This document shows positions 17,681-27,055 of a stretch of DNA of 64,000 bases, one piece after another. Position 1 is the first letter of the stretch; each line of letters starts with the position of its first letter. The notes beneath the pieces are model-generated. The model ran no database searches and had not been told where the DNA came from. It worked only from the letters and a program-made list of their open reading frames with translations. The position numbers and the translations under genes were made by a program. The stretch comes from Deltaproteobacteria bacterium (lineage in GTDB: Bacteria; Desulfobacterota; Syntrophia; Syntrophales; UBA8958), in NCBI GenBank assembly GCA_026388335.1, contig JAPLJZ010000268.1:1872-65871 (forward strand), given 5' to 3'.

Positions 17681-20137
17681 TTAGAATTGAAAGCGGAGGC
17701 CGAGGGTGATGCTCTGGGCGCTGTAAGCGCTCTGACCAAGCTGGGCCTCGTAATTGAGGTAAGCCAGGACGAGATCTGTCCAGTGGATGTTGAGCCCCGC
17801 TCCTACACTAAAGAAGTTCCGCTCCGGGGCGACACTCTCAATGGTAAAGGCCGAACTTCCCTGGGCAAGAGAGGCGATTGTCGACGGATTCACATTCCCG
17901 AACTCGTGTCGGTAAAACCCCCATAGACGAGGCACTATCCTAAGTTTGTCTTTCGTCCAATTCCATGCCCCTTTGATCCCCGCGCTCCCCTGATACGATT
18001 CTGTCGTCTGACGATCCACCTGAAGATTCAGGGAGTCTGCCCCCGACTCGGTGTAACCGTTTACACCCATCCAGAGATACTGAAACGTGAGGGCCGGACC
18101 GATAGTCCAGGAACCAAAGCTGAAATCATAACCCGTTCCCCCATAACCCGTTGCCTGCCCCCCGGAAGGACTCGCTGTCGCTGTACGGTCAATACCCGGA
18201 AAAACGATCCGCCGGTTATTGTTAAAATTATTCCAACCGTAGCTTGCCTGGCCGTCAAGGTAAAAAGACTTCCGGAAATAGGTTCCATAGAACCCTAAGG
18301 TATAACCATCCAGTTTAACAGTGCTTCCGGCGTCGTTGATCCATGATTTGGCCGTATTCATCCCGAACAGCGCCCCGCCGACAAAATTTTCCGAAAAGCG
18401 GTAGTCCGTCCCCAGGGTGAGGCCGCCGTTCCTGAAATCGTAGCCCCGCTGCCCCGCCGTATCCTTCTGGTCCCCCAGGACAAGATTACCTCTTACGAAA
18501 AAACCCCAGTTGGGGTCAAGTGCCACGGGGATCATCCCCTGGAGATCATCGCTGTTGCTGGCCAGGAGAAAGGGCTGCCGGGGACTGTTAGCGTAAAGTA
18601 AGCCCAGGTTTTCCAATCCCTGAAAACTGAACCCCTGCACCCCCGCGCGCAAATCCCCAAGACGGGAGGTGACATTGCCGGCCTGAAACGAGGCTACCCC
18701 GGAAGTCATGTTGGTGTGAGCCACGTCGGCGATAGGAGATAACTGGTCATAGGCGGCGGCCACCTGCGCGTTGGTTGTCAGGGCGTCTATCTTACTCATG
18801 ACTGTATTCAAATCCCCGCTTGCTGAATTGGCCAGAGGATTGAGCATTTGAGCTACAGCAAGCTGATTTCCCGTTAATGAGGAAACCATATCACTGGAAG
18901 TAAAATCGCTCTCTGCCATCAGATAGACCTCATTAGCTCGGTCATACTGGGGTTTCAAAAATAACGTCGGGGTAATCTTGTTACCAATGATATTGGCGAA
19001 TTTCCCAGAAACACCCGCGGCGGAAAGAATCGTTCCGAACACTGTCTTGTTGGCAGGAACCGCACTCCCCTGCCATAAAGTCTCCAACGTCCCGTCAATG
19101 TTTGCGCTACCGCCTACATTGAGCAAATCGTTGCTTGTCGGAGACGCCACCTTTACCTGGAGCTTTCCGGTGTTATTCTGTGAATAACTGCTGCTGCCGC
19201 TGATAGTTAAAGTACCTATCGAGCTGCTGGAGCTGCCCGGCGAAACAATGCCGGAATTGATGAGCTTCCCTCCGATCGAGCCGGCACCGCCGAGGCTGCC
19301 ATTGATTCCCACGGTCACATTGCCGGTTCCCGTGCCGCTTCCCGATGTGTTGTTCACCAAAAGCAGTCCTGCGTTCACCGTCGTCCCGCCGCCGTAAGTA
19401 TTGGCGCCCTTAATCGTGATTGTCCCGGTTCCTGTTTTTGTGAATGATCCGCTTCCCGAAATATTGCCGGACAATGTTGAGACGTAACCATTTGCATCAA
19501 ATGTCCCGCCGCCCGCATTGAGGGTCACGTTCCTGGCCGATGTCACGTCCGCCGCCAGTTGCAGGGTTCCTCCATCAAAGATTAGCCCGCCAGACAAGGC
19601 CCCCAGGCTGGCGTCCTGCGTGATATTAACGACGCCGCCATTGAAGAACGTGCCGCCGGTGTACGAAGTGGGGCCGCGTAAGGTCAGTGTTCCCGATCCG
19701 GCTTTATAGAGACCGCCGGAACCGTTGATGGTTCCGTTGTTGGTCAGGGTGTTGTCTCCGGCATCGAACCAGAGGTTTCCCGAAATAGTGCCGGAATTGA
19801 CGAGGCCATTCCCGGTGCCCATAAACTTTGCCGCGTAGGAATCCGTTCCGGACGCGCCGAGTGTGCCGTTATTGGTCAGGGTGTTATTATCGCCCTGCGC
19901 TAAAAATGCGATGCTGTTTGTTCCGGAAACAGTGATCGTACCCTGGTTGTCCACCGTGTTTCCGGTGTTGACGCGTATTCCCCACAGGCCTGTCGAGTCT
20001 CCGGTGATGCTTCCGGTTGCGGTGTTTGTTATCGTATTGTTGTCGTAGACGTGGATGCCGTTTCCGCCGGACAGCGGGCTGATGCTGCTGGAATTGGTGA
20101 TGATGTTGTTGTTGACGGCATCGATACCGGTAAACAC
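17681..20137 (-). CDS. autotransporter beta-barrel plus repeat-rich passenger; C-terminal part of a frameshifted gene
   Basis: 818 aa with no signal peptide and a GTG pseudo-start. It has autotransporter-associated repeats (GSGTLTLRG, GTGTITIKGANTYGGGTTV) and a barrel ending LGLRFQF. The reading frame continues upstream without a start, into the 20143-21279 ORF region. Confidence 0.8.
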   Translation of the reverse strand: MFTGIDAVNNNIITNSSSISPLSGGNGIHVYDNNTITNTATGSITGDSTGLWGIRVNTGNTVDNQGTITVSGTNSIAFLAQGDNNTLTNNGTLGASGTDSYAAKFMGTGNGLVNSGTISGNLWFDAGDNTLTNNGTINGSGGLYKAGSGTLTLRGPTSYTGGTFFNGGVVNITQDASLGALSGGLIFDGGTLQLAADVTSARNVTLNAGGGTFDANGYVSTLSGNISGSGSFTKTGTGTITIKGANTYGGGTTVNAGLLLVNNTSGSGTGTGNVTVGINGSLGGAGSIGGKLINSGIVSPGSSSSSIGTLTISGSSSYSQNNTGKLQVKVASPTSNDLLNVGGSANIDGTLETLWQGSAVPANKTVFGTILSAAGVSGKFANIIGNKITPTLFLKPQYDRANEVYLMAESDFTSSDMVSSLTGNQLAVAQMLNPLANSASGDLNTVMSKIDALTTNAQVAAAYDQLSPIADVAHTNMTSGVASFQAGNVTSRLGDLRAGVQGFSFQGLENLGLLYANSPRQPFLLASNSDDLQGMIPVALDPNWGFFVRGNLVLGDQKDTAGQRGYDFRNGGLTLGTDYRFSENFVGGALFGMNTAKSWINDAGSTVKLDGYTLGFYGTYFRKSFYLDGQASYGWNNFNNNRRIVFPGIDRTATASPSGGQATGYGGTGYDFSFGSWTIGPALTFQYLWMGVNGYTESGADSLNLQVDRQTTESYQGSAGIKGAWNWTKDKLRIVPRLWGFYRHEFGNVNPSTIASLAQGSSAFTIESVAPERNFFSVGAGLNIHWTDLVLAYLNYEAQLGQSAYSAQSITLGLRFQF

Positions 20138-20142
20138 ATTGC

Positions 20143-21279
20143 TTATGTTTGCGCTGTTGCTGATCGTATTGTAGCTGGCGGCCAGGATGCCTGTAGGCTG
20201 ATTATCCGCGCCGGGTCCGGGTTGATGGCGATTGTGTTGTTGATGGTGGTGTTGCTCACGCCGCTGTTGTCGAAGAAATTGAAAATGTCGATGGATGAAT
20301 TGGCCTGGTCGAACACACTGACCTTGATTTCTCTACCGTTGACGGTCGTAACGGCATAGTTGTATTTTAGCGCGTAGACATCGCTCGGATAGACCGGGTG
20401 CAAGTCGCACGATTCACCGCTTTCACACCCCAGAGGGGCACCGCCAGACCCGGCCAGCACCTCATAAGTGCCGTCGTGTAAGGTTCGGTAATACAGGTGC
20501 TCATGTCCGGCAAACAGGATCGAGGCATTTGTATTTGTGGCAGTGCCTGAGGTGGTTATCGTCTGCCAAGTATTCTTCATATTCTCATTCGCCGTAGGAT
20601 CCGTGGGAGAGTATGCCGGGATGTGGGTAAATACAAATGAATGGGCTGCCTTGCTGTTTGCCAGCAGACCTTGCATCCAAGTTTGCTGTGTCGCATCGAT
20701 GCCATAAACCGGCGCAGTACCGTCTGCAATGGCAAGATAGCTGTCGGCAATTATAAACTGTGAATTGCCAAAATTAAATGAAAAGGCCAACTTGTTATAA
20801 GAAGCGCCAGGACCGTTCTGTGTCCAACTGCCGTTAAAAAGGCCCTGAAATTCTATTTGCCTCGACAGTGCTTGATCGTCAAGATGAGGAGCATGGTTCA
20901 TTGTGTAGAGTTCGTGGTTGCCCACGGCGTAAGCTGACGGAATGCCTGCGGCATCCAGGCGATTTGTAAACAGGGCTTTGAAATCGTTCAGATTGGCCGT
21001 GCCGCCCCGGTAGGCGGCATCACCGCCGAAGATCACCACTTTGGGGGCGGGGGTCAAGGCGAGGATGCTGTCCACAATTGGGGTGAGAACAGTCCAGTTG
21101 GTGAGATCGTTGTTGGCATCGCCTCGGGTGTCTGCCACCCAAACGAAACTCTGCGATTGGTCGGCATGTGCGGGAATAACCCCGCCGATGACCGCAAAAA
21201 CAAGCAAGAATGTCCCGAGAAGAAACGCTGGGATCGCACATCTGCTTCTGATTGACGTCATTTGTGAAATCTGGGACAA
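20143..21279 (-). CDS. calcineurin-like metallophosphoesterase with signal peptide; N-terminal part of the frameshifted autotransporter
   Basis: 378 aa with signal peptide AIPAFLLGTFLLVFAVIGGVIPAHA. Phosphoesterase motifs are FGGDAAY, GNHELY, FTHIP and GHEHLYYR. The last roughly 20 codons look out of frame. Confidence 0.8.
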   Translation of the reverse strand: MSQISQMTSIRSRCAIPAFLLGTFLLVFAVIGGVIPAHADQSQSFVWVADTRGDANNDLTNWTVLTPIVDSILALTPAPKVVIFGGDAAYRGGTANLNDFKALFTNRLDAAGIPSAYAVGNHELYTMNHAPHLDDQALSRQIEFQGLFNGSWTQNGPGASYNKLAFSFNFGNSQFIIADSYLAIADGTAPVYGIDATQQTWMQGLLANSKAAHSFVFTHIPAYSPTDPTANENMKNTWQTITTSGTATNTNASILFAGHEHLYYRTLHDGTYEVLAGSGGAPLGCESGESCDLHPVYPSDVYALKYNYAVTTVNGREIKVSVFDQANSSIDIFNFFDNSGVSNTTINNTIAINPDPARIISLQASWPPATIRSATAQT

Positions 21280-21340
21280 AACATATGGGACACAGAAAAA
21301 AACTGTCGGGTCAGATATTTAATCCTTATAATTGCCCCTG

Positions 21341-22312
21341 TCATCTGGCGGGCATGGCAACGCGGAAACCATAAATTGAGGTCCTGCTGGATGGATAACC
21401 CCAGTCTCGGTTTGCTGCCCGGGTAGTTGCCGGTATGCTGATCCAGGAACCGCCGCGCAGTACACGCGTTGTGCCGACAGGCGGCCCCTGAGGGTCGTTG
21501 CGAGGACTGCTGCCATAATAGTGATCCTCATACCAGTCTTGGCACCACTCCCAGACGTTTCCGCTCATATCGTAGAAACCCAGACCGTTAGGCAGCTTTT
21601 TACCGACGGCCTGGGTTTTATCTTTGGCATTATCGCCCAGCCAGGCATACTTGGGCAGGGACGAAAGATCGTTCGTCCCCGCCCATTTCTCATTTTTCCC
21701 GCCGCTCCGGGCGGCAAACTCCCATTGCGCTTCCGTGGGCAGTCGGAAAGTCCGTCCTGTTTTTTGGGACAACCACTCCGTGAACGCTGCCGCGTCATGC
21801 CAGGATATGCCGACAACCGGATGATCGTCCGCCGTCAAGGCATCTCCCAGGAGGGCATAATGCTCGCTGATACCCGTATAGGCACTTTCGTTGCCTTCAT
21901 TTTCCTCCCATTCCGGTAGGTGACTCCCCGTCTCGAGGGTGAATCGCCGGTATTCCCGGTTGGTGACCTCATACTTTCCCAAATAGAAATCGCTCACGCA
22001 CACTTCGTGAACCGGTTCCTCATATATCGCCGGAGCAAAATCTTCCAAGTAAATCTGATGGTCGGAAAGCAACTTGTCCTCTCTGCTCTTAAAGGTATTC
22101 CCCATCCGATAGCAGCCGCCCTTAACGAAGATGAATTCCATCTCTGTGTTGGTTTCGGTAAAAACATCCCCCCTGGTCACGGGAAGGGTCTTCCCCTTTC
22201 CCTTCCCCCGATCTGCTTGATTATTTCTCCCCTCATCCCCCATGGCGACGCTTCCCATCATATTGAAAACCAGGATTATAAGGAGATAAAAAGATAGAAT
22301 GAGTCGTTGCAT
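21341..22312 (-). CDS. exported FGE-sulfatase (SUMF1/formylglycine-generating-enzyme-like) domain protein
   Basis: Segments PVVGISWHDAAAFTEWLSQKTGRTFRLPTEAQWEFAARSG, SGNVWEWCQDWY and RVLRGGSW are typical. The start was set at MQRLILSFYLLIILVF (signal-like); the longer ORF reaches 22366. Confidence 0.85.
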   Translation of the reverse strand: MQRLILSFYLLIILVFNMMGSVAMGDEGRNNQADRGKGKGKTLPVTRGDVFTETNTEMEFIFVKGGCYRMGNTFKSREDKLLSDHQIYLEDFAPAIYEEPVHEVCVSDFYLGKYEVTNREYRRFTLETGSHLPEWEENEGNESAYTGISEHYALLGDALTADDHPVVGISWHDAAAFTEWLSQKTGRTFRLPTEAQWEFAARSGGKNEKWAGTNDLSSLPKYAWLGDNAKDKTQAVGKKLPNGLGFYDMSGNVWEWCQDWYEDHYYGSSPRNDPQGPPVGTTRVLRGGSWISIPATTRAANRDWGYPSSRTSIYGFRVAMPAR

Positions 22313-22460
22313 AATCTTCACCCAGATGCGCCCGGGAGGGCATGTCGTCCAGTCATTCTGAAACATGAAAACCTAAAAGAAGTCGGTTTATTAATCAATC
22401 ATTCCATATATTTAATAAAAATAAGCGACCCACAGGAAAAGATTATATTTGTTGCTATTC

Positions 22461-23276
22461 TTATCTTTTAAGATGATAAACCGCTGTGGCTTCTGTCCAG
22501 TCCGTCAGATCAATCTGGTTCAACCTCCTGACAAGGTCGCTGATCATTCCGGTTGACTTTGCATCATAGACCTGGAAAATCCCTTCTCTAAACCCGATGG
22601 AAAGCAGCCATTCCTTCTTCCGGGTGGCGATGATCTTGATTTTTTCTTCAGCAGATCTTTCTTTGTAGTTCGGCAGGAACATGGCTTTCAGATGAATAGG
22701 GCTATCCGCGGGAGGGAATTGGTATGCCATTCCTGCTCTGGTAAAATTGTCTGTCATATTTGCATTGGGGAGAAGGAGGGTTACGGAACCGTCTGCCGCA
22801 ATGGAGAAGATATAGACGTAGGAGTCTGCGCTTACTTGGTAGAAGATATTAACTTCTTCGCCTTCTTTCAGATCTGTTTTTGAGAGTGACAACTTTGTGG
22901 AGAGACCTTCTCCCTTTTCAGGATAAACCGGCATAACAAGGGCGTTGAGTTTAACCCTGTAAAGATTTCTGTCCTTCTCATCCCATTCCTCTTTGACAAT
23001 ATTAACCTTCTCTATCTTTCCTCTGACAGCGGCATAGATCAGGTCTTCGGCAATCTGGTAATTGGAAACCAAGGTGTGAGATTTGATGAATACGCCGACT
23101 GCCTTTTCTACTGCCTTCTTCTGTGCATCAATCTTTGCCCTCTCTTTAACCTCTTTCTGGGTTTCAATCTCCCCCAATAATGCCTCGCCCATCGACTCGA
23201 CCCAGACCGGTTTCTCCGCGGCAAGACAGACAAGAGGAAGAATCAGAAATATGCATATCACGAGAATCTTTTTCAT
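22461..23276 (-). CDS. exported DUF4384-domain protein with LPP20/FlgT-like N-terminal region
   Basis: Signal peptide MKKILVICIFLILPLVCLAAE. The C-terminal half, EGEEVNIFYQVSADSYVYIFSIAADGSVTLLLPN, matches the DUF4384 pattern from memory. Confidence 0.65.
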   Translation of the reverse strand: MKKILVICIFLILPLVCLAAEKPVWVESMGEALLGEIETQKEVKERAKIDAQKKAVEKAVGVFIKSHTLVSNYQIAEDLIYAAVRGKIEKVNIVKEEWDEKDRNLYRVKLNALVMPVYPEKGEGLSTKLSLSKTDLKEGEEVNIFYQVSADSYVYIFSIAADGSVTLLLPNANMTDNFTRAGMAYQFPPADSPIHLKAMFLPNYKERSAEEKIKIIATRKKEWLLSIGFREGIFQVYDAKSTGMISDLVRRLNQIDLTDWTEATAVYHLKR

Positions 23277-24020
23277 AAACGATCCCTAATTCTTTTTCGC
23301 CCCAATCAACTGCGGTGTCTGCTCGTTGTTGAATTGTTTACGTGCTATGCGTTCCACCTGGGGTTTCAGGTAGCTGAATAGGTCGCTGATCGCAATGGAA
23401 CCATCCTTCTTTACAACATCCTCATTCTTGATTCCTTTGAGCATAAAGTAGGTGAAAAGTCCGTGCCCCTTTTCATCATAGGTTGAGCTTATCTGCTCAC
23501 CAGATGAGGCGGACAGAACCGTCATATTCTTTGACAAAACAATGTTGCTCTGGAGATTCATAACAAGAGGTCGGGCACCTTTCGCTAGAACCGACCTGCC
23601 GCCCGCACCGGAGAAACAGGAATCAAGGGCAACAACGATTTCTTTTGCCGGGAGTTTGCCGAGAGCATCGTACATTCTTTTCAATGAATAGCCTGTCTCG
23701 GCGATAAAAGACGGATCGCCGTCGTAGGGCACAAGGTAAGCCCCGCCGGTCTTGGGATCAGGCGCTCCATGGCCGGAATAATAGATAAAAACTGTGCTAT
23801 CCTTTTCCACATTATTATGCAGCCATTTTTCAAAGTATTTTACCAGATCAACGTTCGTCGCACGATCATTCAGGAGAGTTACGACATTCTCTTCCGGATA
23901 ACCCATAACCTTTGTCAGATATTCCGTGAACGTCTTTGCATCAGCAGTAGCGAAGTCTGCCTTGGGAAGTTTCTGGCGATACTGCTCAATGCCGATCACG
24001 ATGGCATAGGCGTTTTTATT
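23272..24020. repeat. direct repeat copy 1 (caspase-domain coding segment plus 14 nt of 3' flank)
   Basis: Pairs with 24778-25526. The 3' roughly 190 nt are almost identical, including the TAAACGATCC flank, and identity decays toward the 5' end. Boundaries are approximate. Confidence 0.8.
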
Positions 24021-24737
24021 GGGTTTTGCTTTTATCGCCGGAAGTTCGTCAATGTCTGATTTGACGGTAGATTTTTCAGAGGCATAGACTGGCATCTCCT
24101 TCTGATCCCTGACGGCTGCTGTGCTGGATATGCCGGTTTTGGACTTGCTGAATTCAGCCAACTTTACAGAACTGCTGAGTGCATACTCCAGTCGAACTCT
24201 GGCTTCCGCATCAGCCCGTTCGGTAGCTTTCCTAAAGCTGTCGGGGCCTGCGAATGTTCCAACAGGCTGGTTGCTTTGACCTTTAATAGTATCGATTGGT
24301 TGCTTATCTGGTGTTAAAAATATCGCCCGCTTATCGGATTTCGCACTATCTCCAATACCAGCAGTCCAATCTAATACAGCTACCAAGTTGGCGTTGATTG
24401 CAGAGACATCCTCAAATTTATCTATCCTGATTACATCCTTGAAATTCTTTCGATAGACATCAATGTCCTTTTCGAGCATTTTCTCGAGCTCCTCAGATGT
24501 TTTCCAAGACCTACCCTGTCGACCATCTTCTATGGTACTTTTGGTATTTCCCGAGATAAGAACAGCAAGTACGAGATTGGGATAGGCGGGAGACGCAGAT
24601 TGGAAATTAATACCAGCAAGTGGATCGCGGTATTCTTCAGACATAGGGCTTGGTACTGCACACCCTGTCATCGCCATAATCGCAGACATAATAAAGATCA
24701 CACTGATCAAAGAAATTGAATCACCCTTAATATTCAT
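23286..24737 (-). CDS. caspase-family (peptidase C14) lipoprotein
   Basis: Lipobox AMTGC. The caspase core has the His motif FIYYSGHGAP and the Cys motif VALDSCFSGAGG. The N-terminal roughly 200 aa have no recognisable domain. Confidence 0.88.
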   Translation of the reverse strand: MNIKGDSISLISVIFIMSAIMAMTGCAVPSPMSEEYRDPLAGINFQSASPAYPNLVLAVLISGNTKSTIEDGRQGRSWKTSEELEKMLEKDIDVYRKNFKDVIRIDKFEDVSAINANLVAVLDWTAGIGDSAKSDKRAIFLTPDKQPIDTIKGQSNQPVGTFAGPDSFRKATERADAEARVRLEYALSSSVKLAEFSKSKTGISSTAAVRDQKEMPVYASEKSTVKSDIDELPAIKAKPNKNAYAIVIGIEQYRQKLPKADFATADAKTFTEYLTKVMGYPEENVVTLLNDRATNVDLVKYFEKWLHNNVEKDSTVFIYYSGHGAPDPKTGGAYLVPYDGDPSFIAETGYSLKRMYDALGKLPAKEIVVALDSCFSGAGGRSVLAKGARPLVMNLQSNIVLSKNMTVLSASSGEQISSTYDEKGHGLFTYFMLKGIKNEDVVKKDGSIAISDLFSYLKPQVERIARKQFNNEQTPQLIGAKKN

Positions 24738-24777
24738 AACGTCTTCTACCTCAATTGTAAAAAATCATGTTGCCTTT

Positions 24778-25526
24778 TTCGTAAACGATCCCTAATTCTT
24801 TTTCGCCCCAATCAACTGCGGTGTCTGCTCGTTGTTGTACTGTTTTCTGGCAATGCGTTCCACCTGGGGTTTCAGGTAGCTGAATAGGTCGCTGATCGCA
24901 ATGGAACCATCCTTCTTTACAACATCCTCATTCTTGATTCCTTTGAGCATAAAGTAGGTAAAGAGCCCGTGTCCTTTTTCATCATAGGTTGAGCTTATCT
25001 GCTCGCCCGATGAGGCAGACATGACCGTGATGTTTTTGGGCATAGCCATGTTACTTTGGAGATTCATCACAAGCGGTCGTGCACCCTTCGCAAGAACACT
25101 TCTTCCCCCTGCACCGGAGAAGCAAGAGTCCAGGGCAACGATAATTTCTTTAGCTGGTAGTTTCCCGAGGGCGACATAGAGCTTCTTCAAAGGATACCCT
25201 GTCTGTGCGATGAATGAAGGATCTCCATCGTAGGGAACAAGATAGGCATCACCGTTCTTGGGGTTGGGGGCGCCGTGACCGGAATAATAGATGAAAATAG
25301 AGCTATCCTTTTCAGCATGGTTGACAAGCCACTGTTCAAAATATTTCTCAAAGTCACTCTTGGTCGCATATTCATTGGTCAAAGTGACAATATTCTCTTC
25401 CGGATAACCCATGACCTTGGAAAGATATTCGCTCACCAGTTTTGCGTCGCTTACAGCAAAATCGGCTTTGGGCAATTTCTGACGATACTTCTCGATTCCG
25501 ATCACGATGGCGTAGGCATTCTTTTT
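24778..25526. repeat. direct repeat copy 2 (caspase-domain coding segment plus 3' flank)
   Basis: See copy 1. The last 70 codons of both genes encode the same peptide (GHGLFTYFMLKGIKNEDVVKKDGSIAISDLFSYLKPQVERIARKQ...). Confidence 0.8.
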
Positions 25527-26984
25527 CAGGGTCGCTGACTTGCGGGGAAGATCATCAACGTCCTGTTTGGCGGCCTGAAATAGCATCGGCGATGCGTCGG
25601 AAGTCGGAGTCGGCGCCCCCATACTTTTCTGCGCCGCCATAACTATATACTTGAACTTATCACTTGCCTTCGTGACGCCGCCGGTTTTTGCCGTATTTAT
25701 TGCCGTCTCCGCAACGCGTAGCGGGCTGTCTTGTCCCTCTGTTTCGTCGCTTTCCACATCAGGAAAAATGCCGTTGCCCTGGATTACTTTGCCCGAAGGC
25801 AGATAATACTTTGCAGTAGTCAGCCTGAGAGCCGATCCGTCGCTGAGAGGAAGTATCGTTTGGACGTTTCCCTTTCCGAAGGTATGCTTGCCCAGCAATA
25901 GCGCTCTGCTCTGATCCTGGAGAGCACCCGCTACTATCTCTGCACCGCTGGCCGTGCCTTCGTTGACAAGTACTATGATCGGATAGAGCGGCTGTGTGCC
26001 GATAGTCTTACCTTCAAACTTATTCTCCGATCCCGCGCCTCTGCCGCGAATTGTCACGATGGTGTTGGCCCCGACAAACTTGCCGGCCACGTCCGTCGCA
26101 ACGGATAATAATCCGCCTGGGTTATTGCGCAGGTCAAGAACCAAACCTTTGAATTTCGAAGACCTTGAACCGAGCTTATTAAGGGCATTTTCCACGTCCC
26201 GAGCGGCATTCTCCTGGAAGGAAGAAATCCTCAAATATCCGATTCCCTCCTGTAGCTCTCTGAATTTAACGCTCTTTACTGAAATAATAGCCCTGACTAA
26301 AGTAAACTCCCGGGGCTGCTCAAAACCGTTGCGCATTATTGCGAGAGTCACCTTTGAGTCTTTCGGCCCCCTCAACTTTTTCACGGCTTCTGTAACGGTG
26401 ATACCCTGTGTAGAGATGCCGTCTATTCTGGTGATTTGATCTCTCGCCTTTATTCCCGCCAGATAAGCGGGTGTATCTTCAATCGGCGATACTACGGTCA
26501 GAATGCCTTTAGCGGCGTTAATTTCCAATCCCACGCCGCCGAAGCTCCCACGCGTATCGACTTGCATTTCTTTGTACATTTCCGGAGTTAGGAAACCGCT
26601 GTGCGGGTCCAACGCTGCGAGCATACCGGTGATGGCGGCATATTCCCATTTCCGAGGGTCAGAAGGGGCTGACTTTGACCAGATCAGATATCGATCGGCC
26701 ACCAGGTTTTCAGCCTTTTTTGCGTCAATGCCGATGGCGCTGTAATCTATACTAATTTTAGCAAAACTTCTATTATTGGCATTAAGCAATTCCTCCATGC
26801 CATTGACAGCCGATGAAGCCAGATAAGAAGGGTCGGGCTGCTCAACATAGTTTTCCATTATTTTAGAAAATGCATCACGGAAGACGACTGGCGATTCTTC
26901 GGCAAATGCCGACAAATGCCATCCTGCAAGCAGCGTGACTATGAGCAGGGCACCCATCATTTTTCCTGCCTGCAATCCCCTCAT
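24792..26984 (-). CDS. S41 C-terminal-processing peptidase (PDZ-containing) fused to a C-terminal caspase (C14) domain
   Basis: Start at MRGLQAGKMMGALLIV after GAAGGAG, with a signal peptide. S41 motifs are present: a PDZ region (GILTVVSPIEDTPAYLAGIKARDQITRIDG), LVLDLRNNPGG, the Ser motif NEGTASGAEI and the Lys motif TFGKGNVQT. A caspase core follows (YYSGHGAP, ALDSCFSGAGG). Confidence 0.88.
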   Translation of the reverse strand: MRGLQAGKMMGALLIVTLLAGWHLSAFAEESPVVFRDAFSKIMENYVEQPDPSYLASSAVNGMEELLNANNRSFAKISIDYSAIGIDAKKAENLVADRYLIWSKSAPSDPRKWEYAAITGMLAALDPHSGFLTPEMYKEMQVDTRGSFGGVGLEINAAKGILTVVSPIEDTPAYLAGIKARDQITRIDGISTQGITVTEAVKKLRGPKDSKVTLAIMRNGFEQPREFTLVRAIISVKSVKFRELQEGIGYLRISSFQENAARDVENALNKLGSRSSKFKGLVLDLRNNPGGLLSVATDVAGKFVGANTIVTIRGRGAGSENKFEGKTIGTQPLYPIIVLVNEGTASGAEIVAGALQDQSRALLLGKHTFGKGNVQTILPLSDGSALRLTTAKYYLPSGKVIQGNGIFPDVESDETEGQDSPLRVAETAINTAKTGGVTKASDKFKYIVMAAQKSMGAPTPTSDASPMLFQAAKQDVDDLPRKSATLKKNAYAIVIGIEKYRQKLPKADFAVSDAKLVSEYLSKVMGYPEENIVTLTNEYATKSDFEKYFEQWLVNHAEKDSSIFIYYSGHGAPNPKNGDAYLVPYDGDPSFIAQTGYPLKKLYVALGKLPAKEIIVALDSCFSGAGGRSVLAKGARPLVMNLQSNMAMPKNITVMSASSGEQISSTYDEKGHGLFTYFMLKGIKNEDVVKKDGSIAISDLFSYLKPQVERIARKQYNNEQTPQLIGAKKN

Positions 26985-27055
26985 AGATACTCCTTCGAAT
27001 CTCTGCTTCGCGCAGCCTGTGTGCGACCCGCGCAGGAAGTCTCGCATTGCGGAGG

